This document shows positions 29,268 through 40,272 of a DNA stretch of 64,000 nucleotides, piece after piece. The stretch's first letter is position 1; the number at the start of each line of letters is the position of its first letter. Both the position numbers and the translations under genes were made by a program. The notes beneath the pieces are model-generated. The model was not told the DNA's origin and did not search any database. It was given only the letters and a program-made list of their open reading frames with translations. The stretch comes from Dictyostelium discoideum (Eukaryota), in assembly GCA_000004695.1 (NCBI GenBank), contig CM000151.3:64001-128000 (forward strand). Direction: 5' to 3'.

Positions 29268-29716
29268 TATGTGGCCAAGAGGTAGTGATGTGTAAGTAAA
29301 ATATTATTAAAATTAATTAATTTTTATGTATTAAAAATTAATAACTTTTATAAAGACCAAATAATTATAAATTCTTTCTAGGTTGTTTTTTGAATTATTA
29401 TAAGACAGAGACAGACACAAATACGGGTGATCTCACCACAAATTATAATCATGCTTATTTACGTCATAGGCCAAATCAATTAGGAGAAATAACAACTGAT
29501 TTATTTTATTATAATAGTTTTCAAACTTTTCAATCAATTTGTTCATTTACCAGCAATTATTGTGATAATGATGGCCAGGGTCATTTACAACACAACGTCC
29601 GATATGGTAGAATCATTTTCTCATATAAAGTTTTTAGAAATTTAAATTCTATAAGAGCAGGTGAAGAGTTTAATACAATTGATGTCCTCTATGAAAATAA
29701 TAATTTAAATAGTATA

Positions 29717-29750
<34 letters not shown>

Positions 29751-29866
29751 TTAATAATATAAATAATTATAATAATAACAATAGTAACAATAATAACAAT
29801 AATAATAATAATAATAATATTAATAATAATAATAACAGTATAAATAATATAAATAATAGTATTTAA
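29268..29866 (+). CDS. Hypothetical protein, tentative two-exon model: 29268..29290 and 29356..29866
   Basis: ORF 29390..29866 starts with TTG and has no in-frame ATG. An upstream mini-exon ATGTGGCCAAGAGGTAGTGATGT ends at a gtaagt donor. The acceptor ataaag at 29354-55 gives a phase-consistent product: MWPRGSDVPNNYKFFLGCFLNYYKTETDT... The C-terminus is a long N-rich tail. No domain recognised. Confidence 0.25.
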
Positions 29867-29919
29867 AAATAAATTATTAAAAAATAAATAAAATATTTTA
29901 TTATATAAAAAATGTAAAC

Positions 29920-29958
<39 letters not shown>

Positions 29959-29982
29959 TTTTTTTTTACTTTTTTTTTTTAC

Positions 29983-30013
<31 letters not shown>

Positions 30014-30410
30014 TTTTTATTTTTGCTCAAATTTGTTTTAATTCTCTTCTTTTGTTTTTTGGGGATTTATTTATTTATTTATTTATTTTTTTTTTTTTTC
30101 TTGATATTTTACTCTTTTATTAGATAAAACTTAACAATAAAAAAAGAATAGAAGAAAAGATAAGAATAGAAAAGAAAAGAAAAGAAAAGAAAAGAAAAGA
30201 AAAGAAAAGAAAAGAAAAGAAAAGAAAAGAAAAGTAATTTTATGCGGTTCTGGTTGGTTTTTTTCAACTTTTTTTTTTTATTTTCTATGTGACTTCCCTT
30301 TGATTAAATAAACTAGTTGAATATTTTCCTATTTATTTTATACTTAATTTTTTCGTTTAAATATTTAAAATATAATTTTTTTCTATAAATTTGTAAAAAA
30401 TTATTATTAA

Positions 30411-32261
30411 TCAAGAAAATTCCTCTAGAGGTGTATAATTTTTGCCTAAAAAAAAAGATACCAATGTTTTATTATAACTTTTGTTATTGTCGTTGTTGAT
30501 GGTCGTTTGAATTTGTTTTTTTAAATCTTGAATTTTATCTATAATTTGGCTTTTATTTACCATACGATAATTATCATTATATGGAAAATCTAAAATCAAT
30601 TCATTTATTGAAATTGAGTTTGGTGATTGAAATAATGAAATTACATCATCATAATTATCGAATATTTCTATTGATAATTGAATTGAATAAAGTGTTGTAT
30701 TTGGATACTTTTTCATACAATTTAAAATGAATGAAATCCATTTAGCATTTGAATATAAATTCATTTTATCAACAGAAAATTTGATTCTTCTAATTGATGA
30801 ATAATTATAAGTTGTATTTGGTGATGGTGATGATGAAGATGAAACATTTTTATTAAATATATTTGAGAATAAATATTCAATTATCGACGTAGAGAATGAA
30901 GGTCCTATTGAAAAATTATGAATTACTAAAGTTTTAATAGACGAATTAAATAGTAAAGCTGAAAATGAATTTGGAGAAACACTACAATCAATATTTATTA
31001 ATCTTAAAAATTTTATGGTTTTATTATTTTTAATAAGATTATAAAATCCATCTGATATACATTTGATTGTAGTTTCATTAAATTCTAAATTTGAATATTG
31101 ATAACATTTTATTGGATTTAGAGAATATTCACATGGAAAATTTGAAATGGTTAGATTCACAATTGATGTATTATTAGAAAGTGTGACTATCAATTCATTC
31201 CATTCTTTGGAAATATTTTTTGAAAGATTATCTCCATTAAAACATTGTTTAGTTATTTTACATCCATGATAATGTTTGTTTATTAAATGAAACGGTACTT
31301 TAATTGCAAGTGTTATTAAAGTTGGACATCTTTTATTCAAAGATATCAAAGTACCCGGTTGAAATGTACTTGCATGTAATGAAAATGGTTTTGAATAAAG
31401 TTTTAAATGTTTTAATTGAGTTAGATCATTATTAATTAAATGAATAAATTGAAAACTATCAATTTTTAATTCAATTACTTTATTAAAATTATCAAATTTA
31501 CAAAAACAATAAATAAAATGAGGACTATAAAAATATTTATATACAACCAAGTTATTTGATTCCTTTTTCCAAAATTTAAATTCTTCACCTAAAGGTTTAT
31601 TAAAACATACAATTTCAGACAGTAATTGACGATTTGGGATGAGTGGAAATGAGTATTTTGAGTTTTTTAACATATCATCTACATAAATAAAAGATACTCT
31701 TTGAAAATTTTTATATTTTTCTGTATCTGGGTAATTTTTACCATTACTTTTTATAATTATAATTTTATTACTAAAAAAGTCTGAAATTATTTCTTTTTTA
31801 ATTTTAATAATTGACCAATTTTTATTTATAATTAATTTAAAAATTTTTATCAAACTTTTGCTTAAACTATATTTTGAAATTGACATTAACCATATATAAA
31901 TTGGTTTGTTTTTTAAATATCTACTTGGTTTAATACTTTTCATTGAATTATTAATCTTTGAAATATTTCCAAAATCTTCTAAAAATTGATTTTGATACAA
32001 TTCTTTTCTAAACCATTTGTCCATAATTATATCTTCACCATGATCTTTTATTATTTCATATGAAATGAGTGGGGAAATAAAAAAATACCATTCTTTTGAA
32101 ACCAAACATAAATTTAAAATTTCATCTTGGTAACAATAAAATTCCAATTTTGAATAATAAAAATTTTTATTAATATATTTTTTATTTTTTGGAATTAATA
32201 AATAATTTATTAATAATATTATTATATCTTTTTCAATTATTTTTGTTAATTTTTTATTCAT
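30411..32261 (-). CDS. Member 1 of a Dictyostelium-specific family: an F-box-like N-terminus followed by leucine-rich-repeat-like units
   Basis: 616-aa intronless ORF. The N-terminus is ..QDEILNLCLVSKEWYFFISPLI (F-box-like). The central region has repeated L-x-x-L-x-L/N-x-x-I units. It is about 85% identical to the paralogue at 33475..35331. Confidence 0.7.
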   Translation of the reverse strand: MNKKLTKIIEKDIIILLINYLLIPKNKKYINKNFYYSKLEFYCYQDEILNLCLVSKEWYFFISPLISYEIIKDHGEDIIMDKWFRKELYQNQFLEDFGNISKINNSMKSIKPSRYLKNKPIYIWLMSISKYSLSKSLIKIFKLIINKNWSIIKIKKEIISDFFSNKIIIIKSNGKNYPDTEKYKNFQRVSFIYVDDMLKNSKYSFPLIPNRQLLSEIVCFNKPLGEEFKFWKKESNNLVVYKYFYSPHFIYCFCKFDNFNKVIELKIDSFQFIHLINNDLTQLKHLKLYSKPFSLHASTFQPGTLISLNKRCPTLITLAIKVPFHLINKHYHGCKITKQCFNGDNLSKNISKEWNELIVTLSNNTSIVNLTISNFPCEYSLNPIKCYQYSNLEFNETTIKCISDGFYNLIKNNKTIKFLRLINIDCSVSPNSFSALLFNSSIKTLVIHNFSIGPSFSTSIIEYLFSNIFNKNVSSSSSPSPNTTYNYSSIRRIKFSVDKMNLYSNAKWISFILNCMKKYPNTTLYSIQLSIEIFDNYDDVISLFQSPNSISINELILDFPYNDNYRMVNKSQIIDKIQDLKKQIQTTINNDNNKSYNKTLVSFFLGKNYTPLEEFS

Positions 32262-32735
32262 TTTTTAAAATTATTCAAGTTTGGAAAATGTTTAATATTT
32301 TAAAATTTCACTTGTTTTTTTACTTAATATATTTAATTGAAAAAATACTGTTTCTTAAAATAGATTTTAAATTGATTTTTTTAATTAATTTCAAAAAAAA
32401 AAAAAAAAAAAAAAAAAACATTTTATAATTTAAAAAAAAACTATTGTAAATTAAAAAATAATAAAAAAAAATCAAATTTAAAAAATTTATTACAGATCTG
32501 AATTTTATTGGAAATAAAAAAAACTGATGGGTTTTTATTTGAAATTAATTATTTTTATTATTTTTTATTTTTTTTTAAATTTTTATTCCAAATTATGTGT
32601 ATCTTAAAAGAAAAAAAAGAAAAAAAATTTTGAGAAAAATTAAAATTTCCTTTTTAAGTTTTTTATCTATTGTGCACTCTTTTTTTAAAAAAATTGATAA
32701 TTGGATATTATTTAATTTTAAATTATTTTTATAAT

Positions 32736-32770
<35 letters not shown>

Positions 32771-33474
32771 AAGGCAAGACAAGGGTAAAAAAAAAAAAAC
32801 TTTAAGTTATAATTTGTAAGGGTGTAACATTCCCAATACAAGAAGTTAATTATTTATATATATCTATATAGGGGTTTTTATAGTATTATGTGCTATAGCA
32901 TTTTAATTCTTATTTTCTAAAATTAATATTAATTATTTCTCTGAATAATTAATTCTTTTTAAATTAATTTCTCATTAATTTCTCATTAATTTTTTTTCAA
33001 TATTTTAAAACTATTTATACTAAAATCTATTAACCTCTTTGGTCTTATATTTGAAAAATCTTAAAAATTAAAATAAATAAAATAATTTAATTTAAATATA
33101 ATTAATTATTATATTATGGAAATGTTTAAACATTACATTTAATATAATTTTAATTAAATTAACCCATTTGAAATTTCAATAGAATAAACATTAATTAATA
33201 GAATATTTTAATGTTATAACAAGATATTTTTGACCTCTGGTTACAGTAGGTGTAAAAATTTCAGCATTAAAGTGGTGAAAAGTTATTATTATGCCTTTAA
33301 GAAACTGTAAAAGATATTGTTTGCTAAGGTTAAAAATTAAAAAATTATGCTCCTAGACACAAAGTAATTTATTATAATTTTATATATAATTATAATTTAA
33401 TATATATAATTATAATTTTATCAATTTAGATTTTAAAAATATATTTTTTTTTTTTCTATTTATTTGTTAAGCAA

Positions 33475-35331
33475 TCAAGAAAATTCCTCTAAGGGTGGAT
33501 AATTTTTACCAAAATAAAAAGATACTAATGTTTTATTTTCACTTTTGTTATTGTTGATGGTAGCTTGAATTTGTTTTTTTAAATCTTGAATTTTATCTAT
33601 AATTTGTCTTTTATTTACTATACGATAATAATCATGATATGGAAAATCTAAAATCAATTCATTTATTGAGATTGAGTTTGGTGATTGAAATAATGAAATT
33701 ACATCATCATAATTATCAAATATATCTATTGGTAATTGAATTGAATAAAGTGTTGTATTTGGATACTTTTTCATACAATTTAAAATGAAAGAAATCCATT
33801 TAATATTTGAATATAAATCAGTTTTATCAACAGAAAATTTGATTCTTCTAATTGATGAATAATTATACATTATATTTAATGATGATGAAGATGATGATGA
33901 TGAGGATAATGAATCATTTTTAGAAAATATATCAGAAAATAAATATTCAATTATTGATGTAGAGAATGAAGGTCCTATTGAAAAATTATTTATAACTAAT
34001 GTTTTAATCGTTGAATTAAATAGTAAAGCTGAAAATGAATTTGGAGAAACACTACAATCAATATTTATTAATCTTAAAAATTTAATGGTTTTATTATTTT
34101 TAATAAGATTATAAAATCCATCTGATATACATTTGATTGTATTTTCATTTAATTCTAAATTTGAATATTCATAACATTTTATTGGGTCTAGAAAGTATTC
34201 GCATGGAAAATTTGAAATGGTTAGATTCACAATTGATGTATTATTAGAAAGTGTGACTATCAATTCATTCCATTCTTTGGAAATATTTTTTGAAAGATTA
34301 TCTCCATTAAAACATTGTTTAGTTATTTTACATCCATGATAATGTTTGTTTATTAAATGAAATGGTACCTGAATTGCAAGTGTTTTTAAAGTTGGACATC
34401 TTTTATTCAAAGATATCAAAGCACCTGGTTGTAATGTACTTGCATGTAATGAAGAAGGACAAGAATAAAGTTTTAAATGTTTTAATTGAGTTAGATCATT
34501 ATTAACTAAATGACTAAATTGTAAACCATCAATTTTTAATTCAATTACTTTATTAAAATTATCAAATTTACAAAAACAATATATAAATTGGAGACTGTAA
34601 AAATATTTATCAATAAACGAATTACATGGTAACTTTTTCCAAAACTTTAATTCTACACCTAAAGGTTTATTAAGACATGCAATTTCAGACAGTAATTGAC
34701 GATTTGGAATGGGTGGAAATGTGCATGTTGCTTCATATTTCATTTCATTTACACAAATGAAAGATACTCTTTTAAAATTGTTATATTTTTCTGTATCTGG
34801 ATAATTTTTACCATAACTTTTTATAATTATAATATTATTACTAAAAAAGTCTGAAATTATTTCTTTTTTAATTTTAATAATTGACCAATTTTTATTTATA
34901 ATTAATTTAAAAATTTTATTCAAACTTTGGCTTAAACTATATTTTGAAATTGACAATACTGATATATAAATTGGTTCGTTTTTTAAATATCTACTTGGCC
35001 CAATGCTTTCAATTGAATTATTTATGTTTGAAACATTTTTAAATTGTTCTATATATTGATTTTGATACAATTCTTTTCTAAACCATTTGTCCATAATTAT
35101 ATCTTCACCATGATCTTTTATTATTTCATATGAAATGAGTGGGGAAATTAAAAAATACCATTCTTTTGAAACCAAACATAAATTTAAAACTTCATCTTGG
35201 TAATAATATAATCCCAATTTTGAATAATAAAAATTTTTATTTACATATTTTTTATTTTTTGGAATTAAAAAATAATTTATTAATAAAATTATTATATCTT
35301 TTTCAATTAATTTTGTTAATTTTTTATTCAT
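33475..35331 (-). CDS. Member 2 of the same F-box/LRR-like family, a tandem paralogue of 30411..32261
   Basis: 618-aa intronless ORF, collinear with the paralogue and carrying small indels (poly-S). Fragments of this gene recur at 36020..36238 and 41233..42290. Confidence 0.7.
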   Translation of the reverse strand: MNKKLTKLIEKDIIILLINYFLIPKNKKYVNKNFYYSKLGLYYYQDEVLNLCLVSKEWYFLISPLISYEIIKDHGEDIIMDKWFRKELYQNQYIEQFKNVSNINNSIESIGPSRYLKNEPIYISVLSISKYSLSQSLNKIFKLIINKNWSIIKIKKEIISDFFSNNIIIIKSYGKNYPDTEKYNNFKRVSFICVNEMKYEATCTFPPIPNRQLLSEIACLNKPLGVELKFWKKLPCNSFIDKYFYSLQFIYCFCKFDNFNKVIELKIDGLQFSHLVNNDLTQLKHLKLYSCPSSLHASTLQPGALISLNKRCPTLKTLAIQVPFHLINKHYHGCKITKQCFNGDNLSKNISKEWNELIVTLSNNTSIVNLTISNFPCEYFLDPIKCYEYSNLELNENTIKCISDGFYNLIKNNKTIKFLRLINIDCSVSPNSFSALLFNSTIKTLVINNFSIGPSFSTSIIEYLFSDIFSKNDSLSSSSSSSSSLNIMYNYSSIRRIKFSVDKTDLYSNIKWISFILNCMKKYPNTTLYSIQLPIDIFDNYDDVISLFQSPNSISINELILDFPYHDYYRIVNKRQIIDKIQDLKKQIQATINNNKSENKTLVSFYFGKNYPPLEEFS

Positions 35332-35687
35332 TTTTTAAAATCATTCACCTATTGAATAAAAAAAAAAAAACTTTTAAAAATTTTAAAAAATTATAGTAAA
35401 TCACTCAAATAAAAAAAAACTAATAAAAAAAATCATTTAAGTTTATTATAGATCTGTAATATATTGGTATTAAAAAAATTAAAGGGTCTTTTTATTTGGA
35501 AGGAATTATTTTTTTTTTTTTTAATATATTCCAAAATTATCTATTTTTAAAGAAAAAAAAAAAAAAAAATTGATAAAAATAGAAATTTCCTTTCAACTTT
35601 ATCTATTATCTGCTCTTTATTTAAAAAATTGATAATTTTTAAATTTAAATTATTTTAGTAATAATATTTTTTTGTTTTTTTTTTTTT

Positions 35688-35718
<31 letters not shown>

Positions 35719-35745
35719 GTTTAAATTCGTTTTAATTTCTTTTTG

Positions 35746-35776
<31 letters not shown>

Positions 35777-35809
35777 TAAAAGAAAGAAAAGAAAAGAAAG
35801 AAAAGAAAG

Positions 35810-35840
<31 letters not shown>

Positions 35841-36019
35841 AAAAGAAATAAAAGAACAGAAAATAAAAGAAAAGAAAAAAAAACATGCTCAGAGCCTAAC
35901 TAAAAATAAATAAATAAATATACAAAAATAAAAAAGAATAATAAAAGAAAAATAGTAATAAAATTGCTTTTTTAAAATTTTTAATTTATTAAAAATAAAA
36001 TTTTTAAACTCTTTATTTA

Positions 36020-36238
36020 TTATTTTCTTCGATTAAATAAACAAATTGAATATATTTTCCTATTACAATTAAAATTATTAATCAAGAAAAGTGGATAATT
36101 TTTACCAAAATAAAAAGATACAAATGTTTTATTATCTTTTTTGTTATTGTTGTTGATGGTCGTTTGAATTTGTTTTTTTAAATCTTGAATTTTATCTATA
36201 ATTTGTCTTTGATTTGCTAGATCGAACCATTGCATCAT
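36020..36238 (-). pseudogene. 3'-terminal fragment (last ~60 codons) of an F-box/LRR-like family gene
   Basis: QRQIIDKIQDLKKQIQTTINNNNKKDNKTFVSFYFGKNYPLFL matches the C-termini of the 616- and 618-aa paralogues. Unrelated sequence lies upstream. Confidence 0.6.
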
Positions 36239-36546
36239 ATCAAAATTTTGCTCGGAATTGATAAAATTATTATGTGAACAGACACGAAATATGTTCGTTA
36301 TACAATTTAAAAAAATAATGCAGTTTCTACTATTATTATTATTATTATCATTACCAATGTTATTTAAATAACATAATAATCCTTTAAAAATATTATCATT
36401 TTTTGGAATTTCATCTAACCCGATTGATTTCTCACCAAAATCAGTGTTATTTAATGATGTTTCTAATGATGTTGATGATGGTGAGTTTGATTTTTTTAAT
36501 TCTAATAGATATTTGATGATTTTATTTGAACCTGTCTCGATTGAAT

Positions 36547-36951
36547 TTAAAAGATCTGTTTTTGTTGGTAATTGAATTCATTTATAAATAATTTATAAAT
36601 TTCTAAATTCTTTGATTGTATTATTGCAGTTGATACATAAATTGGTGAAGAGTAATAATACCTTTGAATTTTGAAAAAGTTTCTATAAAATTTGAAATCA
36701 TTTTTAATTATTTCAAACAATTTCTTTAAATAAATTAAATCTTTACGCCAACTAGATTGATCAGACTCTTTACGCCAACAAGTTTCACCAAATTCTAAAT
36801 ATCTACAATTTCTATAAACTTTTTCTTTTAAAATACTAATTTGATTTGAATCTATTAGTTTAGTTATTGACGATACTGAATCGTAACTAAATGAATATTG
36901 GTTATACATAAATGAGAATATCTTTTTATAAATTGCTTTATTTCTAAACAA
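36547..36951 (-). pseudogene. Fragment of a second duplicated gene family; a near-identical copy lies at 42300..42668
   Basis: ORF KLFRNKAIYKKIFSFMYNQYSFSYDSVSSITKLIDSNQISILKEKVYRNCRYLEFGETCWRKESDQSSWRKDL... starts at TTG. The frame is open upstream only to an in-frame TAA and has no canonical donor. An adjacent upstream ORF encodes ..EIIERIKIVKKRKREYEEEHERKENTNSFNKIIK*. Both lie inside the duplicated block. Confidence 0.35.
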
Positions 36952-37360
36952 TTTCCAAAATAATATTTCAATTGGTTCTATATTATCTGTAATTGTTTAT
37001 TTTATGATTTTATTGAATGAATTAGTATTTTCTTTTCGTTCATGTTCTTCTTCATATTCTCTTTTTCTTTTTTTTACAATTTTAATCCTTTCAATTATTT
37101 CTTGTTTATTTAAGTGATTTATTTCTATACAATATTTCTTTAATTGATTTTAAATTCTTTTTCTCTAATTCACAATTATTATCATTATCTTTATCATCTT
37201 ATTAATTAAAGATGATAAAAATATATAAATTATTTTTCATTGTTGTGGTGGTGGGGGAAATTAAAAAATAAAAAAAAAAAAATATAAAAAAATATAAAAA
37301 AAAAAAAATAAAATAAAACAAATAAAAAACATTTTTATGGTGTAACGGATTTTATTTAGT

Positions 37361-37391
<31 letters not shown>

Positions 37392-37439
37392 TTTTTTTTT
37401 TTTACTATTTCTTTGAAATTTCGTTGAATATTATTTTTA

Positions 37440-37600
37440 AACGAATTCTAATGACTACATAACCCCTGTAAGCGGTTAGCAGCCCCTTGTAATCCTTACA
37501 ACCAGTGTAGCCCACAAATCCGGCTATTCGTCTTACAGTTCCTATTAGCCGCTTACAGGGTTACTTAGTCATTTTGCGCGTTGGCGGTGTAATTAATATT
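37440..37600. other. GC-rich island with a ~20-bp imperfect inverted repeat (CCCCTGTAAGCGGTTAGCAG ... CCTATTAGCCGCTTACAGGG). Candidate structured ncRNA or MITE-like element.
   Basis: About 50% GC within a region that is more than 80% AT. The inverted repeat was read directly. It contains CCCACAA, which resembles the Dictyostelium upstream sequence element (DUSE) of ncRNA genes, and CCTTACAACCAG, which resembles the class-I RNA motif CCTTACAGCAA. A second copy with a deletion lies at 43200..43290. Confidence 0.4.
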
Positions 37601-38028
37601 TATTTATATTTTTATTATTCGCTGGAAAAAATTCATTATTTTATTAGATATTTTATGATACGTAATTTCTCATATATCTAATAAAATATTGAATTTTCTA
37701 AAATTTTTTTTTCCAGCGAATAATAAAAAAAAAAAAACTGTTTTGGTTAACCATGGGGTGATTTATTGTAATTTTTTAATAATTTTAGTTCTGTTTTTTT
37801 TTTTTAAATGGAGATATCAGAGAGATTATTATGATATTTTGAATAATTGGATCATAGTAATAAACAATATTTTTAATTTTTTTCTTTTTTTTTTTCTTTT
37901 CATTCTTTTTTTTTTTCTTTTCATTCTTTTTTTTTTAGTACTTAATCTTTATTTTTTTCATCTTTCAAAATAAAAAAAAATATTTATATAAATTTTAACT
38001 TTAAATTAAATAAATAAATAAATTTTAG

Positions 38029-38452
38029 AATGACTGAAGAAGTGCATAAATTGAAAATTACAATATTTACTGATAAAGGGAGATCAACAATAAGTGGTGG
38101 AGGTAAGTTAATTAGAATTATTAATTTATAAATATTTAATTTTGGTTTATATATTAAAAAATGTAACATTTAATTTCATTCTTCTGGCTTTTTTAAAAAT
38201 ATAGATTTTCCTCTACCTGTATTACCTTATCCTGCACCATATACTTTTAGATTATTTGATTACGAAATTGAAGGCCCAAATTTAACCAATAAAGAATTTA
38301 AAGTAAAAACAGGTAAAATTGAATACAAAGGAGAAGAATTTGATATTCCTTCATCATCTAAGGGCTCATGGAGAGGAGTAGATGAAGAAATGGATTTAAT
38401 CTATGTTACAATATATCCAAGTAGACAACCAAAAAAAGTTTTTCATTATTAG
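38029..38452 (+). CDS. Small hypothetical protein (about 107 aa) with two exons, 38029..38101 and 38205..38452. Copy 1 of two.
   Basis: ATG..GGTGGAG then a gtaagt donor, and an aaatatag acceptor, phase 1. Product: MTEEVHKLKITIFTDKGRSTISGG-DFPLPVLPYPAPYTFRLFDYEIEGPNLTNKEFKVKTGKIEYKGEEFDIPSSSKGSWRGVDEEMDLIYVTIYPSRQPKKVFHY. Copy 2 at 43780..44202 is about 93% identical at the protein level, and its splice sites are conserved. Confidence 0.55.
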
Positions 38453-38757
38453 ATCTTAAAAACAGATCTGAAACAATTAAAACAAAAATAAAAAATTTTA
38501 AAATTTTATATAAAAAAATAATTATGATTAAAAAAAAAATATGTGTGGAAAAAAAAAAAAATTAAAAATTAAAAATATATTTGTTTATGGTGTTATGTTT
38601 TTTGGTAAGGTTTAAAGTGATCAAAAAATTATCATTCAAACTTGTAAAAAAACAATAATAATAAATAATAATTTAAAAACAAAATAAAGATTAATTTGCA
38701 TTATCCAATTTTTTTTTTTTTTTTTTTTTTTTTGATTTTGTTTAATTTGATTCGATT

Positions 38758-38792
38758 CTATTTGATTTGATTTGATTTGATTTGATTTGATT

Positions 38793-38800
<8 letters not shown>
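38758..38800. repeat. (GATTT)n pentanucleotide repeat followed by poly-T. Also present in copy 2 at about 44815..44862.
   Basis: Read directly. Confidence 0.9.
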
Positions 38801-38844
<44 letters not shown>

Positions 38845-40272
38845 CATTATAATCTTTTTTCCAATTATTTCCATTATATATAAATATATTGGAAAATCTT
38901 CCATTTTCCATTTTCCGCCATAATATGGATTTTTTTTTTCAGGAAATTGGCCAACACTATTGTATACTATATTCATAACAATCTGGAAGGTTGATGGCTA
39001 TATCAAGAGGATCATCAGAAGTCCATGGGAAGGGAATTTATTGGTTTCGGAAACATCATATGGATGAATGATACATTTGAAATTTAAAACATTATTATTA
39101 ATTGAGGCATTTTTATTAGATCGAGTTAAAATTTTATTGTGGAATTTTCATAATTAATGTGGAATTTTCCACTTTTTTTTTTTTTTTTAGAAATTTTTCA
39201 CCCCTACCCCTTTTCAATTTTATTTGAAAAATAGAATGTTGATATTTGATTTGATAATTTTCAAATTATTTATTAGTAATTGTAATTAATTGAAATAGAA
39301 ACCTTATTTTATTTTATTTTTTTTAAATATAATTACTGATAGTTTTGTACTGTAATTGGTAACTCTTTATTATTGTTTTGAAAAATGGATTATTAATACG
39401 ATTCAATTCTTCTTAATACTTATTATGACCTTTAATTTTAATTTCTTTAAAAAATATGTTTCTTGATTTTTGTTCTTGTTTTGTTGAAATATTATTTATT
39501 AAATTTTTAAATTCTTTAATAAATTCATCAACTAATTCCTTATCATTATATAATGTAAAAAAAAAAAAAAAACTCTGTTTATGACAACAAAACAGTCACA
39601 ATTTTTTTAACTATAAAACAAAAATTATTATCTTATTTTAAATTTTTACTTTATTTTTTTTCCATGCGGGTTCAAAAAAAAAGCTTTTTTTTTTTTTTTT
39701 TTTTTTAGTAAACAAAATTTTTTTTTTTTTTTTTTTTTTTTTTCGCACCCCTTCATTTACTTATTTTTCTTGTTGATATCATTAAAATCAATAGTTTTTT
39801 TCAAAATGTCAAAAAGAATTATTAATTTCAATTGGTTCATATAGATTGGGAAATTAATGAATCATTTAATAAAGACAATTATTAACTTTATTTATTTTAA
39901 ATTGTAGATATATTCTCAAATCCAAAAACAGGTATGGGTCATTCAAATGATGCTCTTTCACTTTTTATAAAAGCTTAAAGAGAGATTGGTTATTATCCAA
40001 ATATTGATAAAGCAATTTTCACAACTCCAGTCACAACTTTAGCTAAAACCACTATTGATTTAACTGCCCATGTTATAACTATATTAATGTGGTGTTGAGA
40101 TCATTACAAACTATGAAGTATTTCTAGGAAAGAGATGAAGGTACTAACAAGATCTTACTTTTCAAAAAGTTGATTTAACATTGACTCTTTAATAAATTGA
40201 ACATCTTCATTTGTTTCAAATAAGACAAGATCAAAAAATACTACTTTAATAACATTATTGGGATCCAAATAT

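Noticed and set aside
37440-37600. Idea that the GC-rich island is a tRNA or a TRE-retrotransposon target
   Set aside because: No cloverleaf. No A/B-box spacing. No GTTCGAATC-type T-loop. No tRNA-like sequence was found anywhere in the window. It was kept only as an ncRNA/MITE candidate.
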